Shown: positions 39,001 through 48,585 of the stretch, one piece after another | Layout: every line of letters starts with the position of its first letter | How positions within the stretch are numbered: position 1 is the stretch's first letter | Translations under genes and position numbers: made by a program | Notes under the pieces: model-generated | What the model saw: the letters and a program-made list of their open reading frames with translations, nothing else | Told to the model about the DNA's origin: nothing | The model's database searches: none | Source of the DNA: Minisyncoccia bacterium | GTDB taxonomy: Bacteria; Patescibacteriota; Minisyncoccia; Phycocordibacterales; UBA918 | Length of the DNA stretch: 64,000 nucleotides | Assembly: GCA_041742075.1 (NCBI GenBank) | Contig: JBGSJJ010000010.1 | Coordinates: 165-64,164 of the forward strand | Reading direction: 5' to 3'

Positions 39001-39610
39001 ATGTGGTACCACAACGAGGACAGAGGTGCATCGTCTTGAACCCTTCATAGACGAGACCCTTTTTATTGAGTTCAGAAAATACCCACCAGACACTTTCGGT
39101 ATATGTACTATCCATCGTTTTATAATCATCTTCCATGTCTGCCCACCGACCCATGCGCGGAACCACCTTCTTCCACTCATCAGCGTACTCCATCACCGTG
39201 TCCCTGGCCGCTTCGTTAAAATTCTTTACGCCATATTCTTCAATGTCGCGCTTGGTCGCTAAACCAAGTTTTTTCTCAATCAAGTTCTCAAGCGGAAGTC
39301 CGTGACAATCCCAACCCCACTTCCGCCTGACGCTGTATCCCTGCATGGTCCAAAACCGCGGGATGGCATCCTTAATAGTACCCGCCAAAATATGTCCGTA
39401 GTGCGGTGTACCGGTGGCAAATGGCGGTCCATCATAAAAAACAAAATCACCTTTAGGCGAACTGCCTGCTGGTGTTTCAAGACTCTTCTTAAATGTATCG
39501 TGCTCAACCCAAAACTGCTGTATCGCTTCTTCACGAAGAGCTACTTCACTTTTGGTGCTGTTAGGTTCTACAGCAACCGTATCGTTTTCTCGATTTAATT
39601 GTTTACTCAT
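36065..39610 (-). CDS. ileS: Isoleucyl-tRNA synthetase with an inserted histidine-phosphatase domain
   Basis: DGPPFATGTPHYGH, GWDCHGLP, WTTTPWT, KMSKS; insert containing VARHAE...LIGHG. Confidence 0.95.
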   Translation of the reverse strand: MSKQLNRENDTVAVEPNSTKSEVALREEAIQQFWVEHDTFKKSLETPAGSSPKGDFVFYDGPPFATGTPHYGHILAGTIKDAIPRFWTMQGYSVRRKWGWDCHGLPLENLIEKKLGLATKRDIEEYGVKNFNEAARDTVMEYADEWKKVVPRMGRWADMEDDYKTMDSTYTESVWWVFSELNKKGLVYEGFKTMHLCPRCGTTLSNFEVNQGYKDIKDIAVTIKLPLLDESGNATNTALLVWTTTPWTLPGNFAAAVHNDFEYVKVQVGNEVLVIAKERLAFLGDESHEVLETIMGADLVGKSYQPPFEYLTKQEFEGKENAWKIYHADYVELGSEGTGAVHIAPAYGDDDMKLAQANNVPIKHHVDNSGHFLEFVEGFNCRLVKPKDDESSGVSHLDADIEVLKKLQDAGKVFKKENITHSYPHCWRCDTPLLNYATTSWFVRVTDFKDKLVAENDIVTWVPEHVGSNRFGKWLEGARDWAVSRQRYWGAPLPIWKNPTTGEYKVFGSLTELQANLPKRNNRYFVARHAEAQSNLTGAINSIVGTENGLTEKGREQAEAIAETLKNEGITKIVHSGLQRGRETAEFVASKLGLPAEAIVEDARIIEFQVGPTWEGKTWAEFNANFATEAEKFTKHLPGVELRRDLIKRVGDFLYTYDATHQNETTLLIGHGSSVFGLQCVAEGADMVRTVALKEAGYLKNAEVRPLPFVPVPHNDYFELDYHRPYIDDIELFDTDGTKLERVPDVFDCWFESGSMPYAETHYPFENLEVANPAKGVRFPANFISESVDQTRGWFYSMMVLGVGLFDRAPFKNVITNGLVLAEDGKKMSKSLKNYPDPMELADRVGVDAMRYYLLSSPIIRGEDLNFSEKEVLELQRKNIGRLHNVLAMYELFMDGTKASATSNNVLDRWIITRLYQLIAESTAGYQNYELDKATRPIADFIDDLSVWYLRRSRDRVKSDDAGDKARALATLRFVLKELALVMAPAMPFYAEYLWQRVKDENEAESVHLSAWPEGGLIDSELLMHMKEVRTTVSSALEARTKANIKVRQPLLKITIPVATPFDPLFEEIIMSEVNVKGIAYRGDDHNMVEIDTTITPELKDEGDVREFIRAIQEARKTAGLEPQDRIVLAVQTSEGGESLITQFKAEIQKVVGADDVVFQSTSGSEVLAGEHSFTIAISKK

Positions 39611-39626
39611 ACAATACGAATGTGTA

Positions 39627-39872
39627 TCAGACATTACTAATAGACGTACATGTATCAGACGTACAATTGTATCCTACCATTTTCTGACTGTATGAAAAGA
39701 AAGCGACCGCCTCAAGAGGAGGCGGTCGGTCGACGATTGGTTCGCACGTTTCGGGAGGTGGTGGCGGAGGCTCCAGCTGGCTTAAGAGTCGCCAGAACAA
39801 AAGTAGGTGCTCAAGCGTCACTTGGTAGAGCGAGTCGAGCACGCGAACAAGCACGCGAACGAATAGTTTCAT
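39627..39872 (-). CDS. Hypothetical protein with Pro-rich segment
   Basis: GGAGG SD before ATG at 39872. Confidence 0.45.
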   Translation of the reverse strand: MKLFVRVLVRVLDSLYQVTLEHLLLFWRLLSQLEPPPPPPETCEPIVDRPPPLEAVAFFSYSQKMVGYNCTSDTCTSISNV

Positions 39873-39903
39873 GGTGACCTCCGTTTTGGGTTGTGTATGT
39901 GTA

Positions 39904-40098
39904 TCACGCAACCTCGCGCAGGCGTGGATGAAGTACCACCTTCCCTTCGCGCACCCCTGCTCTCACCCTGGCTTCAAAGCGAGAGCGTTCGATCGCCTCT
40001 CGCTCTCTTTTGTTCAAGACACGAAAGATAACAACGGCACCAATACCTGCAAACCCAAGCAGGCACCATTCAAAAAACGATAACCCTTCTGCTTTCAT
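39904..40098 (-). CDS. Small single-TM protein
   Basis: GGGAG SD; TM followed by a basic tail. Confidence 0.55.
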   Translation of the reverse strand: MKAEGLSFFEWCLLGFAGIGAVVIFRVLNKREREAIERSRFEARVRAGVREGKVVLHPRLREVA

Positions 40099-40289
40099 GT
40101 TCTGTCTCCCGGTAAGGTACGAGTACTCTCAAAAGATACGGCACCAAACCAGCAATGTCAAAGTCCGTTTAAAGTAAAAATAGGAAGAAACAAATGTTTA
40201 CTGATTCTTTTACGTTGTGCACTTTTACCCTATTGCCAGATACAATATTAGGAGTAGTATGTCACCCGGACAGTTCAGGAGACCAGATA

Positions 40290-40817
40290 GTGACTAAGAC
40301 GAAACGAACAGAAGTACTGAAAATTCGTTGTTCAGACGGCCGAAGCCGAAAACCAGGAGATATACGTGACAAATGGGTTCATGAAATTCGACTTCCCGGA
40401 GGAATTCTCTTCCCAAACCTTTGTGCACAATCTTTCCTAGAAAGATGTGAGCAGACTTTTGAGATGAGTGCTCTGGTTGACGATGAGATACAAAGCCGAT
40501 TCCACATCCTCATAGAATCCATCACACCAGAAACTGGACTGGTGATTGGCGAGATAATTGTTTTGCTCGCTATAAAAACCATGATGGATTTGAAGCAGGT
40601 CGAAGAAATTATTCTTGTGTACCATACCCATTGTGGAGCTGGCGACGCACTTGGTTTGAAAGAGTCAGATATCTACGACATCTGTCTCAAGTGGCAGTTT
40701 CTACTGTGTAAGCTGTATCCCGTTAGGATTCGGATTCTTAAGGAAGAGCATTCTGTCTGTGGCGAACATCACTTTGGCCACAGTGAGCTTAACCAAAGCT
40801 ACCCTGAAGTAGCTTAG
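40290..40817 (+). CDS. Divergent beta-carbonic anhydrase-like protein
   Basis: CSDGR (CxDxR) and HTHCG (HxxC) Zn ligands; AGGAG SD with GTG start; adjacent to SulP. Confidence 0.7.
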   Translation: MTKTKRTEVLKIRCSDGRSRKPGDIRDKWVHEIRLPGGILFPNLCAQSFLERCEQTFEMSALVDDEIQSRFHILIESITPETGLVIGEIIVLLAIKTMMDLKQVEEIILVYHTHCGAGDALGLKESDIYDICLKWQFLLCKLYPVRIRILKEEHSVCGEHHFGHSELNQSYPEVA

Positions 40818-40874
40818 GATTGAGTGCACCTCATTCTTTATTTAAACTAGAAATTATTTACTCTTATATTTTTT

Positions 40875-42566
40875 ATGATGACACTAGCTGTTGTGAAAGG
40901 ACACATTAAAGCCAATTGGCAACCAGCGCTCACTGTTGCTCTTATTTCGGTACCACTTTCAATCGCACTTTCAATCGCTTCAGGTGCTGGACCATTACCT
41001 GGTCTTATTGCAGGCATCTGGGGTACCGTAATAGGAAGTATCTTCATTGGAAGCAATTACAACATCATTGGTGCAGCTGGGGCTCTCACTACAGTACTCT
41101 TTGGTGCCACTCTAGCAGCACCACTCGGTCTAGGGTCAGCAGTATTACCAATTCTTGCCCTCACGACTGGACTTATTGTATTTGCTGTCTGGCTTCTCAA
41201 GCTTGACCGTTATTTATACTATATACCCTCAAGTGTCATGTATGGTTTTGCTGGAGGAGTAGCTATTTTAATAGCAGCTTCACAGCTTTTTGATGCTACC
41301 GGACTTTCTACCCTGGCCCGCACAGGTCATTTAGTTGGTGATGTCGAGAAATTTATTGAAAATAGCGCCCTTATTCATACCCCTTCACTCAGTGTCTTTT
41401 TTGTATTTTTAGCTGGAATCCTAGTTTGGAAACGATTTATTAAGAAAGTTCCCGCCGTAATTCCAGCTGCTCTTTTGGGTATCTTATTTGGGTATCTCGA
41501 ATCAACTCGTTTTAGTTTCGACATTTTTTCTCTACAAGATAAATTTGGTACCTTTACTGCTACACTACAACTCCCGGTGGCCTGGTCAGCGATTCCTGAA
41601 CTTGTTTCAAACGCAACGGCTCTCAGTTGGATTGTGAGTATTTCAGGCACGATTGCACTCATAGCTGTTCTTGAAACACTGATCACCGCCAAACTAGGAG
41701 ACAAGCTTACAAAAACTGAGTCTTCTTCTTCTCGTGAACTACTAGGACTAGCACTGGCCAATCTTGGTTCTGGCGCTATGGGAGGACTACCTGCAACAGG
41801 GGTATTTATTCGAACTGGCGCCAACATCAAGGCAGGTGCTACACATCGAACCAGTGGAATCCTAGCGGCACTCTTTACTGGTGGTATTGCTCTTTTAGTA
41901 CTACCATTTTTCTCCTACGTACCGATGCCTGTCATTGCTGCAATTTTGGTAAATACCGCGCTCGGACTACTTGAAATAGATAAATTTGTTGAGTACTGGC
42001 AACACGAGCGTGAAAGTTTTGTGGTAGCTATTTTAGTTGCTCTGGTAACTATCTTTCACGACGCAGGACTAGGTGTAGCACTTGGTGCAGTAGTAGCACT
42101 ACTCTTATTTGCTAAACGCGTTGCCCATGGACGTTTTGATATTACTTGGAATTTTAACGATGGAACAATTGAAACTCATCGTGGTAAGAAAACCCTCACA
42201 TTTTCAACCAGCGAAAAAACTATCACTGTCGTTACCTATAGTATTGCCGGAAACTTTGGCTACATTGATGCCAATCAACACCTACTGAATTTGAAGAAAT
42301 TAGCTCACGAAAAAAGTGTACCCGCAGTTATCATTAGATTGCGTGATCTTTTTTCTCTTGATTTTGAAGGATGTGAGGCGCTAGGAGAAGCGGTAACTGA
42401 ACTGCAGGCAAAAAATACGACTGTTTTTATAAGTTCTACTTCTACCCATATTGAAGAAACGCTTACTGCCTTTCCAGTCTTTGCTAAGCTTCAAGAAGCT
42501 AGCTACTTTACAAAAAAAACAAGTGATGCATTGGCACGAGCGAAAGCTTTATACAATCACCAATAA
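40875..42566 (+). CDS. SulP/SLC26 anion transporter with STAS domain
   Basis: LTVALISVPLSIALSIASG, RELLGLALAN, RTGANIKAGA; C-terminal STAS. Confidence 0.92.
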   Translation: MMTLAVVKGHIKANWQPALTVALISVPLSIALSIASGAGPLPGLIAGIWGTVIGSIFIGSNYNIIGAAGALTTVLFGATLAAPLGLGSAVLPILALTTGLIVFAVWLLKLDRYLYYIPSSVMYGFAGGVAILIAASQLFDATGLSTLARTGHLVGDVEKFIENSALIHTPSLSVFFVFLAGILVWKRFIKKVPAVIPAALLGILFGYLESTRFSFDIFSLQDKFGTFTATLQLPVAWSAIPELVSNATALSWIVSISGTIALIAVLETLITAKLGDKLTKTESSSSRELLGLALANLGSGAMGGLPATGVFIRTGANIKAGATHRTSGILAALFTGGIALLVLPFFSYVPMPVIAAILVNTALGLLEIDKFVEYWQHERESFVVAILVALVTIFHDAGLGVALGAVVALLLFAKRVAHGRFDITWNFNDGTIETHRGKKTLTFSTSEKTITVVTYSIAGNFGYIDANQHLLNLKKLAHEKSVPAVIIRLRDLFSLDFEGCEALGEAVTELQAKNTTVFISSTSTHIEETLTAFPVFAKLQEASYFTKKTSDALARAKALYNHQ

Positions 42567-42592
42567 TAATTTAGTCATAAGAAAACCGCACC

Positions 42593-42760
42593 TTAGTCAG
42601 GTGCGGGTAGTTGCTCTTCTGAGGTAGTGATCGCTGCCTCAAAGCCACTCGTGCGAAGCGGTGCCTTGACCACGAGCAGTGCCATGACTATGAGAGCGAG
42701 GCACGTCAGCACAATACCCCAGGTCTGATCGTTATTCGGATATCTTTTGTCTTTTGGCAT
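42593..42760 (-). CDS. 55-aa single-TM peptide
   Basis: TTGACA-17-TACAGT promoter, GGAGG SD, MPKDKRYPNNDQTWGIVLTCLALIVMALLVVKAP... Confidence 0.65.
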   Translation of the reverse strand: MPKDKRYPNNDQTWGIVLTCLALIVMALLVVKAPLRTSGFEAAITTSEEQLPAPD

Positions 42761-42862
42761 TTGATCCTCCATGATCTCAGAATTTGCCAGTAGAAACTGT
42801 AGTACTTATTAGTGTTATTGTCAATAGTAGCGCCCTTGTTTCGTGTAGCTTATTGATTATAA

Positions 42863-44548
42863 CTACATCCGTTCGGGAGCTTTGATGGCGAGTGCCCAAA
42901 GACCGTTTTTAAGGGTTAGACGGACGGCATCAGCGACCATTGCCTTGTAGGGTGCATAGGTGTCAGTCGCGTCAGCAATTTTTTCGTGTGCGTAAAAAGT
43001 ATTAAAGGAGCCTGCCAGCTCAGTTAAATACCCTACCACCTTGTGCGGGGCTCTTTCGTTCCAGGCTTCGGTAACTACCTCTTCGAACCTATACAAAAGT
43101 TTTTCTACCTCGTAGGCTTCTTCCGGAGCAATGATGCTTATAAGTGACACACCAGACACCTCGGCTTTTTCTAAAACAGAAACAATCCGCGCATGGGTAT
43201 ACATGAGGTAGGGTCCAGAGTCACCCTCAAAGGAAAGGGCTCGTTCTTTGTCAAAGACTGAATCCTGCAAAATACTCCCCCGAAGTGTCGCGTACTTAAT
43301 TGCCCCAAGCGCTATTGCCTCACTGAGCTCAGGACTAGCGTCAGTAAAACCAGTACTCACGATTTTCTCGTGCGCTGTCTCGGCTATCTCTTGTATAAAC
43401 TCGAGAGCCGGAATCACGTCACCGGTTCGAGAAGACATCTTACCGGTTGCGAGCCGCACCGTGCCGTGTCCGATGTGTTCAGTTTTCATAGCGAGCTCAG
43501 GATACACAAAACTCATGGCCATCTTGAGCACCTTAAAGTATTCAGTTATTTCGTTTGAGGTAGAAATGATGGAATGGTCGTAGCCACCCAGTCGCTCGGC
43601 TTTTTCATTGGCTAAAGCGAGTTCTTTCGCTTCATAGGTCGGCAAGCCTTCTTTGTTTAAAAACACCCGCGTATGGAGTCCGTACTTTTCACCTTGAAAA
43701 ACATGCGCTCCTTCACTTTCGGTAAATACTTCCGGGTGGGCGAGCACGAGCTCCTTACCCTTAGGGCCAGTTTCGCTTTCAAAAAAGTACTCATCAAACT
43801 GGGTGTCGATAACCTTATAAATTGTTTCAAAGTACGCGAGTGAAATTGCCCGACCGGCATCATAGAGTGCATTAACACCGTCGTCGGTCCGGTCGTAGAT
43901 TTTTTTGTTGAGAGCTCTAATGGCTTCAGCCGGTTCACCACCCTCTTTGTAGGCATTTGCACCATACGCATACGCGCGTCCTAAGTCTTTGGCTGTAAAC
44001 GCACTGTCAGTACTGATACCAAGCGCCTGCATGCCGTAGATGGCATGCGCAACATGAAGCCCAACGTCACCTTGATAGTTTACCCGCTTCACCTCAGCAC
44101 CTTGCATCATTGCCAACCTTGCAATACTCTCACCAACGGAGTTGGTAAAAAGATGTCCGATATGAAACTCTTTAAATGGATTCGGGTCAGTGTATTCAAC
44201 CACGATCCGCTTCCCTGCCCACTCTTTATTGGTACCCCACGCGTCACCCATTTCACGTGCTCGTGCAATTTCAGCCGTAAAAAAATCACGCGTGAGATAG
44301 AAGTTTAAAAACCCTGGACCAGCTACTTCTACCCGATCAACATACTCGATTTGACCAGCGATTATACCGGCAATTTGTTCCGCAATCACCCGCGGTGGCT
44401 GACCTATATCGCTCGCCAAAACCAAAGCGACATTGCACGCGAAATCTCCATGGTGAAGATCGCTGGGGTGCGATACGGTAAAAGCCACATCGGGAAAACC
44501 GAGCTCACCTAGTGTGTCTTTAATTGCTGTGGCGATAACCTGCTTCAT
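42863..44548 (-). CDS. argS: Arginyl-tRNA synthetase
   Basis: GPGFLN, EYTDPNPFKEFHIGH, KMSSRTG, GPYLMYTHAR, PERM. Confidence 0.97.
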   Translation of the reverse strand: MKQVIATAIKDTLGELGFPDVAFTVSHPSDLHHGDFACNVALVLASDIGQPPRVIAEQIAGIIAGQIEYVDRVEVAGPGFLNFYLTRDFFTAEIARAREMGDAWGTNKEWAGKRIVVEYTDPNPFKEFHIGHLFTNSVGESIARLAMMQGAEVKRVNYQGDVGLHVAHAIYGMQALGISTDSAFTAKDLGRAYAYGANAYKEGGEPAEAIRALNKKIYDRTDDGVNALYDAGRAISLAYFETIYKVIDTQFDEYFFESETGPKGKELVLAHPEVFTESEGAHVFQGEKYGLHTRVFLNKEGLPTYEAKELALANEKAERLGGYDHSIISTSNEITEYFKVLKMAMSFVYPELAMKTEHIGHGTVRLATGKMSSRTGDVIPALEFIQEIAETAHEKIVSTGFTDASPELSEAIALGAIKYATLRGSILQDSVFDKERALSFEGDSGPYLMYTHARIVSVLEKAEVSGVSLISIIAPEEAYEVEKLLYRFEEVVTEAWNERAPHKVVGYLTELAGSFNTFYAHEKIADATDTYAPYKAMVADAVRLTLKNGLWALAIKAPERM

Positions 44549-44647
44549 ATCGACCACTATAGCAAAAGAAAATAAAAAACGCTCACACAAGGTTTGTGTG
44601 GCGGTTTCAGGATGCGAGCGGAGACGCTGTCTCCGCTCGCAACTGGT

Positions 44648-44965
44648 TCAGGCGTTGGCCTCGGATGACCCCTCGGTGGGGCGAGGCGGGTTGATGCGCT
44701 TCTTTTTGCGCACCTCCACCACCGTTCCGCACCGGAGTCTGCCGGTCCGGACCCCATGCCCATCGGCGGTGACCCAGTGGGTCGGAGTCGCGGTGTCGCG
44801 AGGCCTCTCGGGGAGCGTGACCCCTAGCTTTTCAGCTGCCCTACGGAGCTGACGCTCCTTGAGCTCGTCGGCCGACAGCGTCGGCGCGAGCTTGGGCGTG
44901 ACCCCTCGCTCGCTTCCGTGGCATCTGGGCATATCGCAGTAGCGGTGGCTCTTCAGTCCGGGCAT
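44648..44965 (-). CDS. GC-rich basic hypothetical protein
   Basis: GGGAG SD with an AT-rich promoter upstream. Confidence 0.5.
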   Translation of the reverse strand: MPGLKSHRYCDMPRCHGSERGVTPKLAPTLSADELKERQLRRAAEKLGVTLPERPRDTATPTHWVTADGHGVRTGRLRCGTVVEVRKKKRINPPRPTEGSSEANA

Positions 44966-45037
44966 CGTCTCTCCCTTCAGGTATAGAACTTTTACTTAGC
45001 TGTTACTATACCATACATTATCTAAAATAGCAATAGC

Positions 45038-46168
45038 CTACTCTACCCTTGAAATAAGCCCGCGTTTCGGGGTTTCCCCACTGCCAGCCACAGTAAAGGT
45101 TTCGTGACCGAGCACCTGCCCGCGTCCGGTCTCCACACTACAACGCCAGGTACCTGGCTGATGACTCGTTACAAAACTATAGCCTCGATACCCACCGTCT
45201 CCTCCACCGAAGATCGGGTACTCTACTTTGGCATGCTCTACCCAGTCTCCATCAGCATTTTTGTATTCCCAGGTATGGAAGATTTTGGTATTAAGTTTGG
45301 TAGGCGCAAACACACTCGCAAAGCAGTACACGCTTGGTGCCTGACTCGGATAAAAGGTGGTATCAGAATTCGTAAACGGCTTCCACCAGACTGGATCAAC
45401 CCACTTGAGTTGGTACGTATTATTTTCAAACTTGACCACACTGTGGTACACCCCGAGTTCCTTGAGTGAGAGTGGTATGGGAGGGATGATGTTGGCAAAA
45501 TAGAGAAAATTAAAACCCACAAAAATTGCTCCTAAAGTAAGTACGACTGCCCGTGTCTGCAACTCCATAAAACGCGGTATCACTCGGTAGAGTAATTGGA
45601 TAAACCAGTACATGAGAGTGAGCGCGATAAATCCACTCCCCACAAACACCCAGGCTCCCATATAGCCCGTGACTACCGGCACCAACAGTACGATGTATGA
45701 CATCAGACCAACAAACAAAATCGCCAGGTTGTAAATCAGTCGTGACGCACGGTCTTTAATGACTTCGTTTCCAATAATAGCCGCCAGTATCATGAGGAGA
45801 AATGGCCAGCTCTCAAGCCACGCACCGCTTCGACCATAAAAAATAAGCATACCGGAAAGCAACCCACCAAAAGAAAATTGCACCAACAGAGGTAGGTACC
45901 TCCGTCCATAGTGAGAAAGCTTTTCTGGAAGTTTTCCTGCCACGCTGGCGTACAAAAGTAGGATAGACACCATTGAAAGCAACACGTAGGAAGCAAGAAT
46001 AAAATTATCAAACGCTTCGTCAACACGATTCAGCGTAAGATTGTCAACCAAAAATCCAAAAAAGAACGACAGACTCATCCAATGGCGTCGTAGCTGAGCT
46101 AAACGGTTTGAAGACTTTTTAGGTGTTTCTTCTTCTGTAGTAAGAACCGGTGTATCCATAGTTGTCAT
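45038..46168 (-). CDS. Multi-TM protein with C-terminal DUF2914 domain
   Basis: VYCFASVFAP...GYRGYS...GTWRCSVET.RGQVLG. Confidence 0.8.
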   Translation of the reverse strand: MTTMDTPVLTTEEETPKKSSNRLAQLRRHWMSLSFFFGFLVDNLTLNRVDEAFDNFILASYVLLSMVSILLLYASVAGKLPEKLSHYGRRYLPLLVQFSFGGLLSGMLIFYGRSGAWLESWPFLLMILAAIIGNEVIKDRASRLIYNLAILFVGLMSYIVLLVPVVTGYMGAWVFVGSGFIALTLMYWFIQLLYRVIPRFMELQTRAVVLTLGAIFVGFNFLYFANIIPPIPLSLKELGVYHSVVKFENNTYQLKWVDPVWWKPFTNSDTTFYPSQAPSVYCFASVFAPTKLNTKIFHTWEYKNADGDWVEHAKVEYPIFGGGDGGYRGYSFVTSHQPGTWRCSVETGRGQVLGHETFTVAGSGETPKRGLISRVE

Positions 46169-46188
46169 TGTACTAGAAAGTACCCAAT

Positions 46189-46303
46189 AAAAAAAAGGCC
46201 GCACGCAAGCGCACGGCCGAAGTTTAGGGAGGAAACGCCCGTAGGGCGTATATGATGCACCGCATCACGTCTGTACCATATACCAATTTTAATTCCTTGG
46301 CAA
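46189..46303 (-). other. Short transcription unit: promoter, 13-aa ORF (46224-46265, MRCIIYALRAFPP) and terminator; sRNA or leader peptide
   Basis: TTGCCA-17-TATGGT promoter; GGCCGTGCG-CTTG-CGTGCGGCC hairpin followed by T8. Confidence 0.55.
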
Positions 46304-46405
46304 GAAAATAGACCACCGTGGTCACCCTACTCAAAAAGGTATACAGGGAACGGGACGGGCGAGACAAAGTCTCGCCCGTCCCGTTCCAGCCTTTGCGCCC
46401 GCTCT

Positions 46406-47674
46406 TTAGGTATGTACCTCCGGTACCGGAAACGCTTCACACATGGCTTGTACTTCTTTTTGTAGAGTAGCCTTTTTAGCACTATCATCTTTGGCTCTCA
46501 TGGTTTCAATCATAATTTCTGCCAACCGCGTCGCTTCTTTCTCCATCATCTTCCGCGTGGTCATCGCTGGAGTACCAAACCGAATTCCCGACGGATCCAT
46601 GGCTGTTCGCGTGTCGCCCGCAATCATGTTTTTGTTAAGCGTAATACCCACCTCATCGAGTACCGTCTCTGCTTCAACTCCGGTCACCCCGAGTGAGCTA
46701 TACACGTCTGCTAACAATAAGTGATTATCAGTACCGCCACACAGTAAGCGTACGCCCTCGTTCTTAAACACTGCTTCCATCGCTTTAGCGTTTTTAAGTA
46801 TCTGACCGGCATACGTTTTAAAGACTGGCGTGAGCGCCTCGCCAAACGCCACTCCCTTAGCAGCGATAATGTGCATGTGCGGGCCACCTTGAATACCTGG
46901 AAACACTGCCTTGTTTACTCGCTTAGCAATATCTTCATTTTCTCGAACGAGAATCATTCCGCCCCGTGGACCACGCAGTGTCTTGTGGGTAGTAGTCGTT
47001 ATCACATCAAAACCATAATCAAACGGATTTTTCGCGACTCCCCCAGCGATAAGACCGGCGATGTGCGCCATGTCAGCTACCGCGTAGGCTCCCACTTCCC
47101 GTGCAATGTCGACAAACTTTTGGTAATCGAGTTCGCGACTATAGGCAGAAAAACCAGCTAAGATAATCTTTGGCTTATGCTCGAGCGCGGTCGCCCTGAG
47201 TGCCTCAAAGTCAATCTCTCCAGTATCGGCGTCTTTCATCTGATAGCGCACGAACTTGAAGATTTTGTTTATCCACGTCGTTGGGTGTCCATGTGTGAGG
47301 TGTCCGCCGTGTGAGAGATCCATCCCGAGCACCGTATCCCCCGGTTCCATAAGTGCAAAGTACATGGCCATATTGGCAGCCGCACCACCGAGCGGTTGCA
47401 CGTTGGCAAACTTTGCTTTAAAAAGTTCTTTCGCTCGCTCAATCGTGATGGTCTCCATAAGGTCGGTGAATTCTTGTCCACCATAGTAGCGACGGCCCGG
47501 GTACCCTTCGGAATACTTGTTGGTAAAAATGGAACCATTGGCTTCGAGCACTGCTCTTGAGACATAGTTTTCACTCGGAATAAGTTCTATCCCTCGCGCT
47601 TCTCGTGCCTCTTCGCCGAGTAGAGTCGCGTATAGTTCTGGGTCTTGGGCCTTTATGAATTTGTAGTTTTGCAT
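46406..47674 (-). CDS. glyA: Serine hydroxymethyltransferase
   Basis: ELIPSENY, NKYSEGYPGRRYYGG, TTTTHKTLRGPRGG. Confidence 0.98.
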   Translation of the reverse strand: MQNYKFIKAQDPELYATLLGEEAREARGIELIPSENYVSRAVLEANGSIFTNKYSEGYPGRRYYGGQEFTDLMETITIERAKELFKAKFANVQPLGGAAANMAMYFALMEPGDTVLGMDLSHGGHLTHGHPTTWINKIFKFVRYQMKDADTGEIDFEALRATALEHKPKIILAGFSAYSRELDYQKFVDIAREVGAYAVADMAHIAGLIAGGVAKNPFDYGFDVITTTTHKTLRGPRGGMILVRENEDIAKRVNKAVFPGIQGGPHMHIIAAKGVAFGEALTPVFKTYAGQILKNAKAMEAVFKNEGVRLLCGGTDNHLLLADVYSSLGVTGVEAETVLDEVGITLNKNMIAGDTRTAMDPSGIRFGTPAMTTRKMMEKEATRLAEIMIETMRAKDDSAKKATLQKEVQAMCEAFPVPEVHT

Positions 47675-47679
47675 AGTAT

Positions 47680-48021
47680 TTACCTATTATCGCCCGCCCC
47701 TTGAGTAACTCCCCTATTCACCCTGTCTGCCACTTTTTCTAAATTCTTTTCTGCCACCTCATTCAAGGTAACTCCTAATTCACTGGCGAGTGCCGACAAA
47801 TACCAAAGCTCATCACCCATCTCAATTATCACCTTACTTTTATCTTCTTCATTTAAGTCTGCAGGGGTAAATTTATTTTGGTTACGTATCAACTTTTTAA
47901 TCTTTCCGGTTACCTCACCGGCTTCTTCAACTAAGCCGAGGGTAGGAAAAATAAAGTTGTTACCGATGTCTGGATACTTTGCATCTTTGCGAGTGATTTG
48001 TTGGTAAGTATTAAAATCCAT
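47680..48021 (-). CDS. MazG-like NTP pyrophosphohydrolase
   Basis: LGLVEEAGEV, EMGDELWY, G.GDNR. Confidence 0.88.
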   Translation of the reverse strand: MDFNTYQQITRKDAKYPDIGNNFIFPTLGLVEEAGEVTGKIKKLIRNQNKFTPADLNEEDKSKVIIEMGDELWYLSALASELGVTLNEVAEKNLEKVADRVNRGVTQGAGDNR

Positions 48022-48078
48022 ACATAAAAATTATTTCTGAATAAACGTCTTCGGTTGTAGAGTGTGTCAGATCATAGT

Positions 48079-48501
48079 TTATATACCAGTACTACCAAAA
48101 GCTCCTTCTCCCCGCTCTGTCTGTCCTAACTCTGTCACCTCAATGATTTCTGGTTGCTCAATTTTTTGAATCAAGATTTGAGCTACTTTGTCACCAACAT
48201 TAAACGCGTGTGCTGTATCAGAGGTATTATACAACCCTACAAAGACTTCACCACGATAGCCGGCGTCGATAACACCACCGAGACTCTTCAGTCCATTTTT
48301 TTGTGAAATACCGCTCTTGTCCCAAATGAGCCCAACAAAGCCCTCTGGAATAGCGAACGCAATTCCAGTCGGTATTTGTGCCCGTTCTCCTGGCAAAATT
48401 GTGATCGTCTCACTCGCACACAAGTCCATGCCTGCGTCACTCGCGTGAGCAAACGCTGGCAACCTTGCCTTGTCATGTAGTTTTTTAACCTCAAGCTTCA
48501 T
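48079..48501 (-). CDS. dut: dUTPase
   Basis: DAGMDL, GVIDAGYRGE, RGEGAFGSTG. Confidence 0.97.
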   Translation of the reverse strand: MKLEVKKLHDKARLPAFAHASDAGMDLCASETITILPGERAQIPTGIAFAIPEGFVGLIWDKSGISQKNGLKSLGGVIDAGYRGEVFVGLYNTSDTAHAFNVGDKVAQILIQKIEQPEIIEVTELGQTERGEGAFGSTGI

Positions 48502-48585
48502 AGTGGAGTCAGTATAACAAATTGTAAAACAGAGAGAAATGCAAATACTTTTCTCTCTGCTAGCTAGTATTTTGTGAGTTTCAAT

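Noticed and set aside
46346-46387. Long GC-rich hairpins after glyA (and at 58160-58214)
   Set aside because: Position after or between genes fits terminators or stabilisers; no shared sequence with the repeat families.
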